This document shows, piece by piece, positions 9,038 through 17,335 of a stretch of DNA of 62,704 nt. The DNA comes from Candidatus Aminicenantes bacterium (GTDB lineage Bacteria > Acidobacteriota > Aminicenantia > Aminicenantales > CALLJL01), in NCBI GenBank assembly GCA_037441905.1, contig JBBIRF010000012.1, forward strand, positions 1-62,704, written 5' to 3'. Below the pieces are notes generated by a model. The model saw only the letters and a list, made by a program, of their open reading frames with translations, had not been told where the DNA came from and ran no database searches. Each line of letters begins with the position of its first letter. The stretch's first letter is position 1. A program made the translations under genes and the position numbers.

Positions 9038-10359
9038 CGGTCTAACTCTCCACCGATCATGTTTAAAGAGCCAAAAGTGGGGATAACATCCGCCACCATA
9101 TGGCCTTTGATCAAGAATTCCAGAGCCGAAACGATGTGAAAACAGGGAGCCCGAAGGTGAAGCCGGTAGGGCTTATCTGTTCCATCCGAGACGATGTAAT
9201 ACCCGAGCTCGCCGTTGCCACCCTCGACAGCAAAATAAACTTCCCCCTTGGGTGGCCGGATGCCGTGGCCTTTCATAAAAAACTTGAAATGAGAAATCAG
9301 GCCCTCGATTGAGGTATAAACATCTTCCTTCGGAGGAGGGACGTATCCAGGAGCATTGGCCATAATTTCGGGATAGACTCTTTTTTCTGTTCCTTCTAAG
9401 TTGGGCGAAAGCTTGATTGGCTTTTCTACTCTTTTCCGGCGCGACTGCTTTATCGCCTCGGCCGGTTCGATTCCTTCCGCCATGAGTTCAGGCGGGGAGG
9501 CGGGAAGCTCGGCCATCACCTGTTCGATGATCCGCAGGCTTTGCTCCATTTCTAACATCCGGACCATGTACCGGTCAAAATTATCCCCCCTTTCTCCGAG
9601 CGGGACCTCGAACGCGAGCTCATCATAGACAAGATAAGGATGAGCCTTGCGGACATCATAATAAACACCGGTCGAACGAAGGCACGGGCCGGTCCAGCCA
9701 AAATTTATGGCTTCCTCCGGTTTGATAACCGCAATGTCGCGCGTCCGGTTGAGGAAAATCTTGTTCTTATCCAGCAGGCCATGGACGTCTTTGAGCACCC
9801 CACGGGTTTCTTTTATCGCTTTTTCGAGGGCCGACTGATAATCTGGATGTAAGTCAGCCTTGACCCCGCCGATGCGGATGTAAGAAGTGGTCATCCTGGC
9901 TCCGGTCGTCCGTTCAACAACATCCCAGATGAATTCCCTGGCCTTGATCTTATACAGAAAAACAGTAAAGGCGCCGCACTCCATGGCCATAGCGGCCAGG
10001 CAGGTAAGATGGTCGGAAATCCTCGAAAGCTCGCTCATCAGCACCCGGATTAACTGCGCCCGACGGGGAACTTCAACCCCCAGCATTTTTTCCACCGTCA
10101 TCACGTAACCAAGGTTATTGATGAGCGGGGAAACATAGTTCAATCGGTCGGTGTAAGGTAGGAGGTTAAAATATGTTCGGTGCTCACAGGTCTTCTCGAA
10201 CCCGCGATGAAGATACCCGACCTCTACTTCTGAGTTGAGAATTCTTTCGCCGTCGAGCTCGAGCATAATCCGGATGGTGCCGTGCATGGCCGGATGAGAC
10301 GGCCCCATGTTGAGGAGCATGCTCTCCGGCCTGGCTTCTCTTTCAATCCTCGTCGCCAT
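9034..10359 (-). CDS. nuoD: NADH-quinone oxidoreductase subunit D
   Basis: LNMGPSHPAMHG, GYLHRGFEK, DRLNY, C-terminal GELDR. Confidence 0.97.
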   Translation of the reverse strand: MATRIEREARPESMLLNMGPSHPAMHGTIRIMLELDGERILNSEVEVGYLHRGFEKTCEHRTYFNLLPYTDRLNYVSPLINNLGYVMTVEKMLGVEVPRRAQLIRVLMSELSRISDHLTCLAAMAMECGAFTVFLYKIKAREFIWDVVERTTGARMTTSYIRIGGVKADLHPDYQSALEKAIKETRGVLKDVHGLLDKNKIFLNRTRDIAVIKPEEAINFGWTGPCLRSTGVYYDVRKAHPYLVYDELAFEVPLGERGDNFDRYMVRMLEMEQSLRIIEQVMAELPASPPELMAEGIEPAEAIKQSRRKRVEKPIKLSPNLEGTEKRVYPEIMANAPGYVPPPKEDVYTSIEGLISHFKFFMKGHGIRPPKGEVYFAVEGGNGELGYYIVSDGTDKPYRLHLRAPCFHIVSALEFLIKGHMVADVIPTFGSLNMIGGELDR

Positions 10360-10360
10360 T

Positions 10361-10846
10361 TTATTTCCTGAACTTAATCCTTGGTTGCCTCAACCTTAAA
10401 GGATAATCCTTCCTCAGGGGGTGACCCTCGAACCCGTCATACATGAATATCCGGCGCATATCAGGATGACCGACAAACTCAACCCCGAAAAGGTCATAAA
10501 CCTCCCTCTCCAGCCAGTTGGCATTTTTCCACAGGGGAGTGAGGGAAGCTATGCGCAAGTCCTTCTCGCTAACCCTGGCTTTCACGCGCAGCCGGCGGTT
10601 GGAACTCAGCGAAAACAGATGGTAAACCATCTCAAACCTTGGTTCTTCGCCTAAGTAATCAACGCAGGTGAGGTCAAGGAGCATAGCATAATACTGGGGT
10701 TTTCCCTTGAGGAATTCCATCACCGGCAAAAGATAGTCCTTTTCAATTTCAACCACATCCAGGCCAAAAGAGGTCGAGGTAGATTTAACTGCCTGCGGGA
10801 ACTTCGTCTGGAGCAAGTTCAGTATTTCCGCCGTTTCCATCGCCAT
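10361..10846 (-). CDS. nuoC: NADH-quinone oxidoreductase subunit C
   Basis: [35 protein letters not shown]. Confidence 0.95.
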   Translation of the reverse strand: MAMETAEILNLLQTKFPQAVKSTSTSFGLDVVEIEKDYLLPVMEFLKGKPQYYAMLLDLTCVDYLGEEPRFEMVYHLFSLSSNRRLRVKARVSEKDLRIASLTPLWKNANWLEREVYDLFGVEFVGHPDMRRIFMYDGFEGHPLRKDYPLRLRQPRIKFRK

Positions 10847-11307
10847 TCCTGCTCTTGTTTTTTAATTTTTTCCTGGAGTTTAACTAAAGCATCAAGAACG
10901 GTTTCCGGCCGGGGAGGACACCCGGGGATATAAATATCAACGGGAATAATCTGGTCAATCCCCTGGACAACAGCGTAGTTATCATAGATGCCGCCGCTCA
11001 CGGCGCAGGTGCCGAAAGCGACCACCCATTTGGGCTCAGTCATCTGGTCATAAACAGTCCGCAGGACAGGCGCCAGCTTCTGGGTGACTGTCCCGACGAC
11101 AAGCAGCATATCAGCCTGACGCGGGGAGAAACGCGTCCAGCCGGCCCCAAACCGGTCGAGGTCGAAATGGGCACAGGCTGCCGACATGTATTCCATCCCG
11201 CAGCAAGCGGTGACAAACGGGTACTGAAAAAGCGAGAATTTCCTTCCCCAGCTGAGAATCTCGTTAAGCGTTGTCGTAAAAAAACGTCCTTCCATATCTA
11301 ATCCCAC
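10819..11307 (-). CDS. nuoB: NADH-quinone oxidoreductase subunit B
   Basis: [25 protein letters not shown]. Confidence 0.97.
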   Translation of the reverse strand: MGLDMEGRFFTTTLNEILSWGRKFSLFQYPFVTACCGMEYMSAACAHFDLDRFGAGWTRFSPRQADMLLVVGTVTQKLAPVLRTVYDQMTEPKWVVAFGTCAVSGGIYDNYAVVQGIDQIIPVDIYIPGCPPRPETVLDALVKLQEKIKKQEQEWRWKRRKY

Positions 11308-11642
11308 TCAAAAGCACCGCTTTTCCAGGCATAGATAAAACCAAGGACCAGGACAGCAAGATAAGCCCCCATTATCGGCAGCGCCAGGCCGCCCAGGTCG
11401 CGAAAGACGAGCGCCCAGGGGAAGAAGAAGACCACTTCGACGTCGAACAACAGAAAAAGAAAGGCGACAAGATAGAACTTAATGGGAAAGGGGTTAATAT
11501 CTTTCTGAAGATAAGGGCTGCCGCATTCAAAGGGTTTTTCTTTTGTCGGGTTGGTCCGCCGCGGCCCGAGAAGCGCATTCATAAAAAGAAGCAATGCCCC
11601 CAGAATCCCGAAGACCGCGAAAACTAAAACTAACTCGACCAC
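11298..11642 (-). CDS. nuoA: NADH-quinone oxidoreductase subunit A
   Basis: [24 protein letters not shown]-terminal GAFEWD. Confidence 0.95.
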   Translation of the reverse strand: MVELVLVFAVFGILGALLLFMNALLGPRRTNPTKEKPFECGSPYLQKDINPFPIKFYLVAFLFLLFDVEVVFFFPWALVFRDLGGLALPIMGAYLAVLVLGFIYAWKSGAFEWD

Positions 11643-11654
11643 GGCAGTCCTTTT

Positions 11655-11684
11655 AATTTAGGCGAAAAATTTTATCTAAGTCAA
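11655..11684 (-). promoter_or_regulatory. Putative sigma70 promoter for nuoA-I
   Basis: Minus strand TTGACT-N18-TAAATT immediately before the AAAGGA RBS of nuoA. Confidence 0.5.
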
Positions 11685-11705
11685 TATTTTTTTTGCAACC
11701 ATTTT

Positions 11706-11734
11706 TTGACAAAATTTTTTTTCTTCCTGATAAT
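11706..11734 (+). promoter_or_regulatory. Putative sigma70 promoter, divergent from nuo, toward the sulfatase-like gene
   Basis: TTGACA-N17-GATAAT. Confidence 0.55.
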
Positions 11735-12019
11735 TACCATGTTTGTAGCCAGAAAAAGGCGTTTTTGCCTGAAAAAGAAGAGAATTTTCTTTAGCTGAAA
11801 AATCGAGGCAAGAACAAGAAGTATCGAAGAAGAGTTCTATGAGGAGAGAGGCCAACTAATATAAGTAACGAGTTAGGCATAAAGGTATTAAGAAGGGAGG
11901 TTCTTTAGCTATTAATCTAAAAGGAGCCTGATTATTGAAATCGATTAATAAATAATTAGCCGACCAGGAAAAGGATTAAGGGCGGGCGAATAATACCTCG
12001 TTCAGGGAAAAGGAAGGAG

Positions 12020-13672
12020 ATGGAAAGAAGGCTTCAGACCCAAAGCGGCCGGCAGTTTGGGCTGCTTAAGGGAAGATTATTCTCCCTCGGGCTTATTTTG
12101 CTCCTGATTGGCTCTATCTTCTTGAGCTGTCAGCGGCTTCCGTCTCCGGCGCGGGTTATTTTGATTACCCTCGACACCCAAAGAGCTGATTATCTGAGCT
12201 ATGTTAATCCCAGCCTCGCCCATACTCCTCATCTGGACGAGCTGGCGAGGTCAGGGGTCTATTTTAACCGGGCTTACAGCCTTATCCCGATAACCCTCCC
12301 CTCGCATGCTTCCCTTTTTTTCTCGGAACCTCCGTATAAAATAAAAAATTATAACAACGGCCAGGAGATAAAACGCAAACGAGCCCGGCCTTCGTTCGTT
12401 AACCTGTTCAAGAAAAACGGGTTTAAGACAGCCGCTTTTGTCTCCCTTGGAGTTCTCGCTTCCGAGTTCGGTCTCGACGAGGGGTTCGATACCTATGAAG
12501 ATTCATTCCCCGAGGACCGCTGGTACTTGCACGCCGGAGAGGTCAACGACCGCGTCCTTCCCTGGATCGAAGCTCACCGCCAGGAGCCATTTTTCCTCTG
12601 GGTCCATTATTCTGACCCGCATGACCCTTACGCTCCGCCCGACTCGCCCGATGATTTGCGCGTGTATTTTAACGAGCAACTCGTTTTCCAGACCTGCCTT
12701 AATAAATACCGGACTCATCGGTTGCCGCTCGAGCTTAAACCGGGTCTTAATCGGCTTCGTTTAGAGGTGGATAATTTTGCCGATTCTAACCCCGACCATT
12801 TTCTCGCCCGGCTCGACTGGCTTCAGGTTCTCGATTCCGGGACCAGGACAGAAATCAGGGCTGACCTCGTTCGCGGCTGGTATATTCGGCGGCAGGATAA
12901 CGTTTTTTTGTTTAAGTCCGGGAGCGTGATTGAAATCCAGAATGGTCCACGGCCGCGCAAAGCTTGGTTCGTCTTCCGGGGGAAGCTGCTTCTTCCGGTT
13001 GAGGCTATTTGCCGGCAGTACCGGGCGGAAGTAGAATACATGGATTCAGAAATCGGCCGGCTTATCGACCATCTAAAAAAGCTTAACCTTTACCAGAACA
13101 CCATGTTCGTTATCATCGGCGACCACGGCGAGGGTCTGGGCGAGTATCATAACACCTTCGGCGACCCCCATATCGGCCACATTCATTTTCTTTACGATGT
13201 TTATCTAAGGGTTCCTTTTATTATTGCCTATCCAGGGCATCTTGGCGGCGGCAAAAAAATTGAAACCCCCGTGACGATGTTAGATGTAGCCCCTACCATT
13301 CTCGAAGTGATGGGCTGGGAGCGGCTTCCTCAGCAACTCGGCCGAAATGTCTTAAAATTAAAAGGAGCGGCGCCGCCACCCCTCTATTTTGAAACCTACC
13401 GGCCTGAGGCTGTCCGCGACCGGTTCGCTGTTTTGGAGCCACCCTGGCATTTAATCATTACCCCTGAGGACCGACGGCTCGAGGTTTATAACATGGAGCT
13501 GGACCCGCTCGAGAAAAATGACCTTTCTTCTGATGTGGCTACCAATGCAGCGGTCCAGCAGCTGAAAAAACTGCTCGAAGATTTTGCCCGAACCGCTCTC
13601 AAAGAAAAAGAAGAAATCGCGATCGATAAAAAAACCGAGGAGATGCTCCGCTCCCTCGGCTACATCCGCTAA
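12020..13672 (+). CDS. Sulfatase-like (alkaline phosphatase superfamily) lipoprotein with Thr at the nucleophile position
   Basis: ILITLDTQRAD, PITLPSHASLF, FLWVHYSDPHDPY, GDHGEGLGE, LRSLGYI end; FLSC lipobox-like signal. Confidence 0.85.
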   Translation: MERRLQTQSGRQFGLLKGRLFSLGLILLLIGSIFLSCQRLPSPARVILITLDTQRADYLSYVNPSLAHTPHLDELARSGVYFNRAYSLIPITLPSHASLFFSEPPYKIKNYNNGQEIKRKRARPSFVNLFKKNGFKTAAFVSLGVLASEFGLDEGFDTYEDSFPEDRWYLHAGEVNDRVLPWIEAHRQEPFFLWVHYSDPHDPYAPPDSPDDLRVYFNEQLVFQTCLNKYRTHRLPLELKPGLNRLRLEVDNFADSNPDHFLARLDWLQVLDSGTRTEIRADLVRGWYIRRQDNVFLFKSGSVIEIQNGPRPRKAWFVFRGKLLLPVEAICRQYRAEVEYMDSEIGRLIDHLKKLNLYQNTMFVIIGDHGEGLGEYHNTFGDPHIGHIHFLYDVYLRVPFIIAYPGHLGGGKKIETPVTMLDVAPTILEVMGWERLPQQLGRNVLKLKGAAPPPLYFETYRPEAVRDRFAVLEPPWHLIITPEDRRLEVYNMELDPLEKNDLSSDVATNAAVQQLKKLLEDFARTALKEKEEIAIDKKTEEMLRSLGYIR

Positions 13673-14110
13673 AAATAGGGACATCTTCTATATTTCCTAT
13701 TTTTTGTTCTGAAAAACCGGATAGGCCCTTTATTTCCCGATTTCCTCTTTTTTTTCTGCATTTCTTTTTTATTTTAGTCTTACGTTTTACATATCTCTCT
13801 TGGCCTAAGCTTTCCCGTCGTATTACCGGCCAGTTCCACCGAATTTTTGGGGATGCCTGCTTAGGGTTGTTTTATTTATACCGCAGCGAAGCAAAATTCA
13901 GGAGTTCTTTAAGGATAGGGATATCTGGTTGAAAAAATATGGGCGCCTATGCATAGCCCCATTGTTCTGGATAATTTTTCTCGATAGGGGAGCTTTGAGC
14001 TTTGCCCTTCCTAGTCACAAAAAAATGGGCATGCCTAAACATGGCCCAACTTTGACTCAAATGTGGCTTGCCCAGACATAAATAATAGGGACACCAGAAC
14101 CTGGACCCAT
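13671..14110. repeat. Cluster of degenerate short palindromes (AT[A/G]GG...CC[C/T]A) between convergent genes
   Basis: 13671-13704 AAAAATAGGGA...TCCTATTTTT; 13939-13962 ATGGGCGCCTATGCATAGCCCCAT; 14025-14049 ATGGGCATGCCTAAACATGGCCCAA; 14085-14110 ATAGGGACACCAGAACCTGGACCCAT. Confidence 0.4.
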
Positions 14111-14125
14111 TTTCAGGACCAATTT

Positions 14126-14533
14126 TCAGTATTTTTTATATTTTTTATAGAGCTTGGAAGGCAGCCGGAAAAGAGCCCGGTTGAGCCACCGCATCCAGCG
14201 CGGTCTCGCTTGCGGCGAAAGAGAGGCCAGCCTCATTTCCTTTTTCTTTCTCTCGAGGTATTTCTGGACGATCGGACACCCGAGGCTCGAAAGACAATAA
14301 GGACTAAGCTTGCCCTGACTGAGGAAACGCCGGATTTCCTGCAATGCGGGGCTATTCCAGGCTGTGGCCCATTCGCTCATCGGCGCTATCGGTTTTTCGC
14401 CGTGGCAGCAAGGCAGGATCCCCCGCCGCAGAATGTAATAGCTTTGCCACGGCTCGCGACAAAGAGGCAGATTTCTTAAACCCAGTTCATCTTCTTCGCC
14501 GCCCGGCGCCTCAGTTAGCCTTGTTTCCCTCAA
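14126..14533 (-). CDS. Stand-alone twitch/SPASM-type Fe-S domain protein
   Basis: CREPW...GILPCCHG...WNSPALQEIR...CLSSLGCP; TTG start overlapping the upstream TGA, with its own AAAGGAG RBS. Confidence 0.8.
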   Translation of the reverse strand: MRETRLTEAPGGEEDELGLRNLPLCREPWQSYYILRRGILPCCHGEKPIAPMSEWATAWNSPALQEIRRFLSQGKLSPYCLSSLGCPIVQKYLERKKKEMRLASLSPQARPRWMRWLNRALFRLPSKLYKKYKKY

Positions 14534-16299
14534 TCAATTTTCTCCTTTGATTGGGCATGTTTGGAAAGAGTCCTATCCCTGCCTGGCTCGGGCACAGTCC
14601 CGAACTCGAACTGATTGGCTACGGGAATCCCATAAACCCCTGATAGCTCCTCGGCCCGGCGGATGATGGCCTCGATTTCTTCCCGGCTTAACAGCTCTTT
14701 TTCGTAGTCAAAAACATAACCGCCTCGCTCTTCCTTTATTCCCGGGTCTTCGAGGTAAAGGAGCGGCCTTAAAACCAACGAATCGGCGTCGAGCTGGCGG
14801 CAAAGCTGGAAATAGGCCTCGAGTTCATGGAAATTCACCCGCATCGGCATAAAAACCATAAAGAGCTTCGGCAAACCGCGGGCTTGCTTTCGTGCTTCGT
14901 TCAACTTGACCAGGTTGGCGACAATCTCTTCAAACCGCTCATTCCTAATCTTAGCGTAAGTTTCGGCTGTCGCCGCATCCAGCGAAACATAGAGATAAAC
15001 CGGCTTGCCGGCCAGAGCCCGGATAGTCCGGGGGGTGAAAGCTTGCCCGTTAGTCGAAAGCTCGACTGTCTTGCCACGGGAGGCGCAGAACTCGAGAATT
15101 TCTTCCAGGCGGGGATGGAGCAAAGGCTCTCCGAACGAACAATTGACGACACTCCGCGCCGCCGTAAAAAACGGCCCATAACTCGCCAGCGTCCGGTCGT
15201 CAACCACCGCTTCCCTGTCCTCCCCTTCCATTACTTTCATCCGGTTGTACAGGCAATAAACACAAGGGGGCGAAATATTGCAGCGGGCGTAAAGGTCGAC
15301 TCCCAGGTTTAGGGGAAAGGAAGAAAGAACCGTTTTCCCCTCCATCATCTCTTGATAATTTTTGACTGCGTTTTGATGCAAGAAGACGAGGTCGCTGTGC
15401 CTTTTAATATCCTGATGCCAGGTTATCGGGCCAACTCTGATACCCAGCTCTCTGGCGTCTTCCGGATGAAATCGCTCGGGGAAAACCAGGTTAAGTTTGA
15501 AGAGCAACTCGCCGTCGCTTTCCCGTCCTTCTCTTGATGCCCCGGCTAAGGAGTTGAAATTCCGTGGGTCTTCCTTGCATGATGCTGGTCCAAAACCTTG
15601 ACTTCCAGCTTCTTCTCGAGACTCCAGCGGCGACCCTTCGCCGGAAGTCGCCACCCCTTGCTGAGGAAGCTGTCCCTGGACAGGCAGTTCGAGGCTGTAA
15701 TCGTTCCACTGATAAAGCAACGGCCAATTTGCTATCTCCTGACCATTCAGGGTAATTGATAAAATTTGTTTCTGGTTAAAATATTCGCTTGATATCGGGA
15801 TTATTAAGTAACCGTTTTGCCAGGATGGTGGAAGATAAACCCGGGCTTGTTTCTCCATCCAGCGGAAGGGAAACAGTTCGCCTTTTTCCCATTCATGCCA
15901 ACCTTCTTCGTAGAGCGGCTCCTTGAATTCACCCGGCCAGAAAACCTCAACCGCCCGCACCATAACCCCAAGGTTTCTAGTGTCGTTGGCTGCCCGGAAA
16001 TGGCGGTCGAGGACCAATCTAACGGCTAATTCTCCCTCCTCGGCTAAAGGAAAATAATAATGGTAAAAAGCCGACCGGATGGCCCTTTGGCCGATTTCTT
16101 TTCGGCCGACGAAAACTCTCAGGAGGGGCTTCTCGGGTGCAAAAGAATGACCAGCCGTAATCTTCAGGAATTTTTTTCCGGGTTTAGGCGGCAAAAACAA
16201 CCGCAGGGTGGCTTCCTGACCCATCCAACGAAAAGAAGCCACGCCGTCATGCTCTTCTGGATACCAGCCCGATTCGTAGGTCAGCTCGACTTTTTCCAC
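14530..16299 (-). CDS. Radical SAM protein (CX5CX2C) with two N-terminal beta-rich GW..E...RW repeats
   Basis: CNISPPCVYC, FGEPLLHP, LSTNG, VSLDAATAETYAKIR. N-terminal repeats SGWYPEE..FRWM...DTRNLGV and EGWHEWE..FRWM...DARELGI. Confidence 0.85.
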   Translation of the reverse strand: MEKVELTYESGWYPEEHDGVASFRWMGQEATLRLFLPPKPGKKFLKITAGHSFAPEKPLLRVFVGRKEIGQRAIRSAFYHYYFPLAEEGELAVRLVLDRHFRAANDTRNLGVMVRAVEVFWPGEFKEPLYEEGWHEWEKGELFPFRWMEKQARVYLPPSWQNGYLIIPISSEYFNQKQILSITLNGQEIANWPLLYQWNDYSLELPVQGQLPQQGVATSGEGSPLESREEAGSQGFGPASCKEDPRNFNSLAGASREGRESDGELLFKLNLVFPERFHPEDARELGIRVGPITWHQDIKRHSDLVFLHQNAVKNYQEMMEGKTVLSSFPLNLGVDLYARCNISPPCVYCLYNRMKVMEGEDREAVVDDRTLASYGPFFTAARSVVNCSFGEPLLHPRLEEILEFCASRGKTVELSTNGQAFTPRTIRALAGKPVYLYVSLDAATAETYAKIRNERFEEIVANLVKLNEARKQARGLPKLFMVFMPMRVNFHELEAYFQLCRQLDADSLVLRPLLYLEDPGIKEERGGYVFDYEKELLSREEIEAIIRRAEELSGVYGIPVANQFEFGTVPEPGRDRTLSKHAQSKEKID

Positions 16300-16613
16300 G
16301 ACTTCCCCATTTTATCGGCAGGCCCGAAGCCAGTCAATTAATTGTCTCTGTTGGGTTAGGAGATCGTATCCAGGTAAAGGGGAGTATATGGTGGGAGGGG
16401 CGTGGAGGGGGTTTGAGACTCGGTTGTCGGGTTGAAGAAGCCAGCGGATTTATAAATTGGTTCTGGAGGGAGCACGTTCTTGTGGGAGCGGGGCTTTTCC
16501 CCTTACCTGATAAATTCCAAATAATAAAATTATAGCCTAAATTACATCCGCGGCTGCCGAGCTTTCCCCCAGGACGAAATTCAACCAGCCATATTCTGGA
16601 AAAGATGCTGGCT

Positions 16614-16890
16614 TCAGGATGCCTTTTTATCAACGACCTCAAAAAGCGGATATTTGGCCCTTGTCTCATATTCTTTAAGAAGCAATTTTTCAAATTCCTG
16701 GTCAAAATAAAAAAGAATCCAGAACATCCCCTGGGCCCGCTTTATCAGGTCCTCAGGATTAGCTGAGAATTTCATTTTACTGGCCAGGTCAGCCAGCTCT
16801 TGGGTCTGATTAAGGTTGCCCTTCAAGAACTAATCGGAAAAGAGGGCAGCCTCCCTCGTTTTTTTAGAGAGTTCTAATAAAGAGCCCCTA
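16614..16890 (-). pseudogene. Stop-interrupted relic of an unknown helical protein
   Basis: The frame of ORF 16614-16826 continues upstream through an in-frame TAG (GLLLELSKKTREAALFSD*FLKGNLNQ...); no good RBS or start. Confidence 0.3.
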
Positions 16891-16927
16891 TTACTCTATC
16901 CTGAGTCTTGAGATCCAGGTAACCGCC

Positions 16928-17065
16928 TTCCCATCATGCCCTCATTCGCCGTTGAGATGGTCCTTGAGTTCACTCAACCAGAAACCCCGACCGCCCGCAC
17001 CATAACCCCCGGGTTTCTGGAGTCGACAGCTGCTTGGAAATGGCGGTCGAGGACAAGTCTAACGC
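16928..17065 (-). pseudogene. Degenerate partial copy of the radical SAM gene N-terminal region (about 15886-16025)
   Basis: Shared blocks ACCGCCCGCACCATAACCCC, GGTTTCT, GGAAATGGCGGTCGAGGAC and TCTAACG in the same order and spacing, about 1040 bp apart. Confidence 0.8.
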
Positions 17066-17335
17066 CTTATGTGACTTCCTGTTATTCTTGTTATTTCATA
17101 ACCATATTTTTCAAGATTGCGAACAAGAGTTGACATGGCCAATTTTTTCATAAAATTATTGTTCACCTTCGCTTTAATTAAACCAAATATCTTTCTTTGC
17201 GAAACCTTGGGAATTTTCTCCTTCCGGACATAAGCGTAACCGCAAATAAGCCAGCCCCCTGGCCAGAATTACGGCCTTAATAATGTAAAATAACCTCTCA
17301 AATAATTTAATTAAACGGCCAGGTTATCTTCAAAC

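Noticed and set aside
11739-11798. Short basic ORF MFVARKRRFCLKKKRIFFS after the promoter
   Set aside because: No RBS, ATG too close to the -10 box, and composition explained by A-rich DNA
13671-14110. CRISPR array
   Set aside because: Units are not identical, spacing is irregular, and there are no cas genes
14126-16299. Canonical anaerobic sulfatase maturase (anSME) or RiPP maturase
   Set aside because: It lacks the 7-8 Cys SPASM pattern, the neighbouring sulfatase has no C/S-x-P-x-R motif, and no precursor peptide is visible
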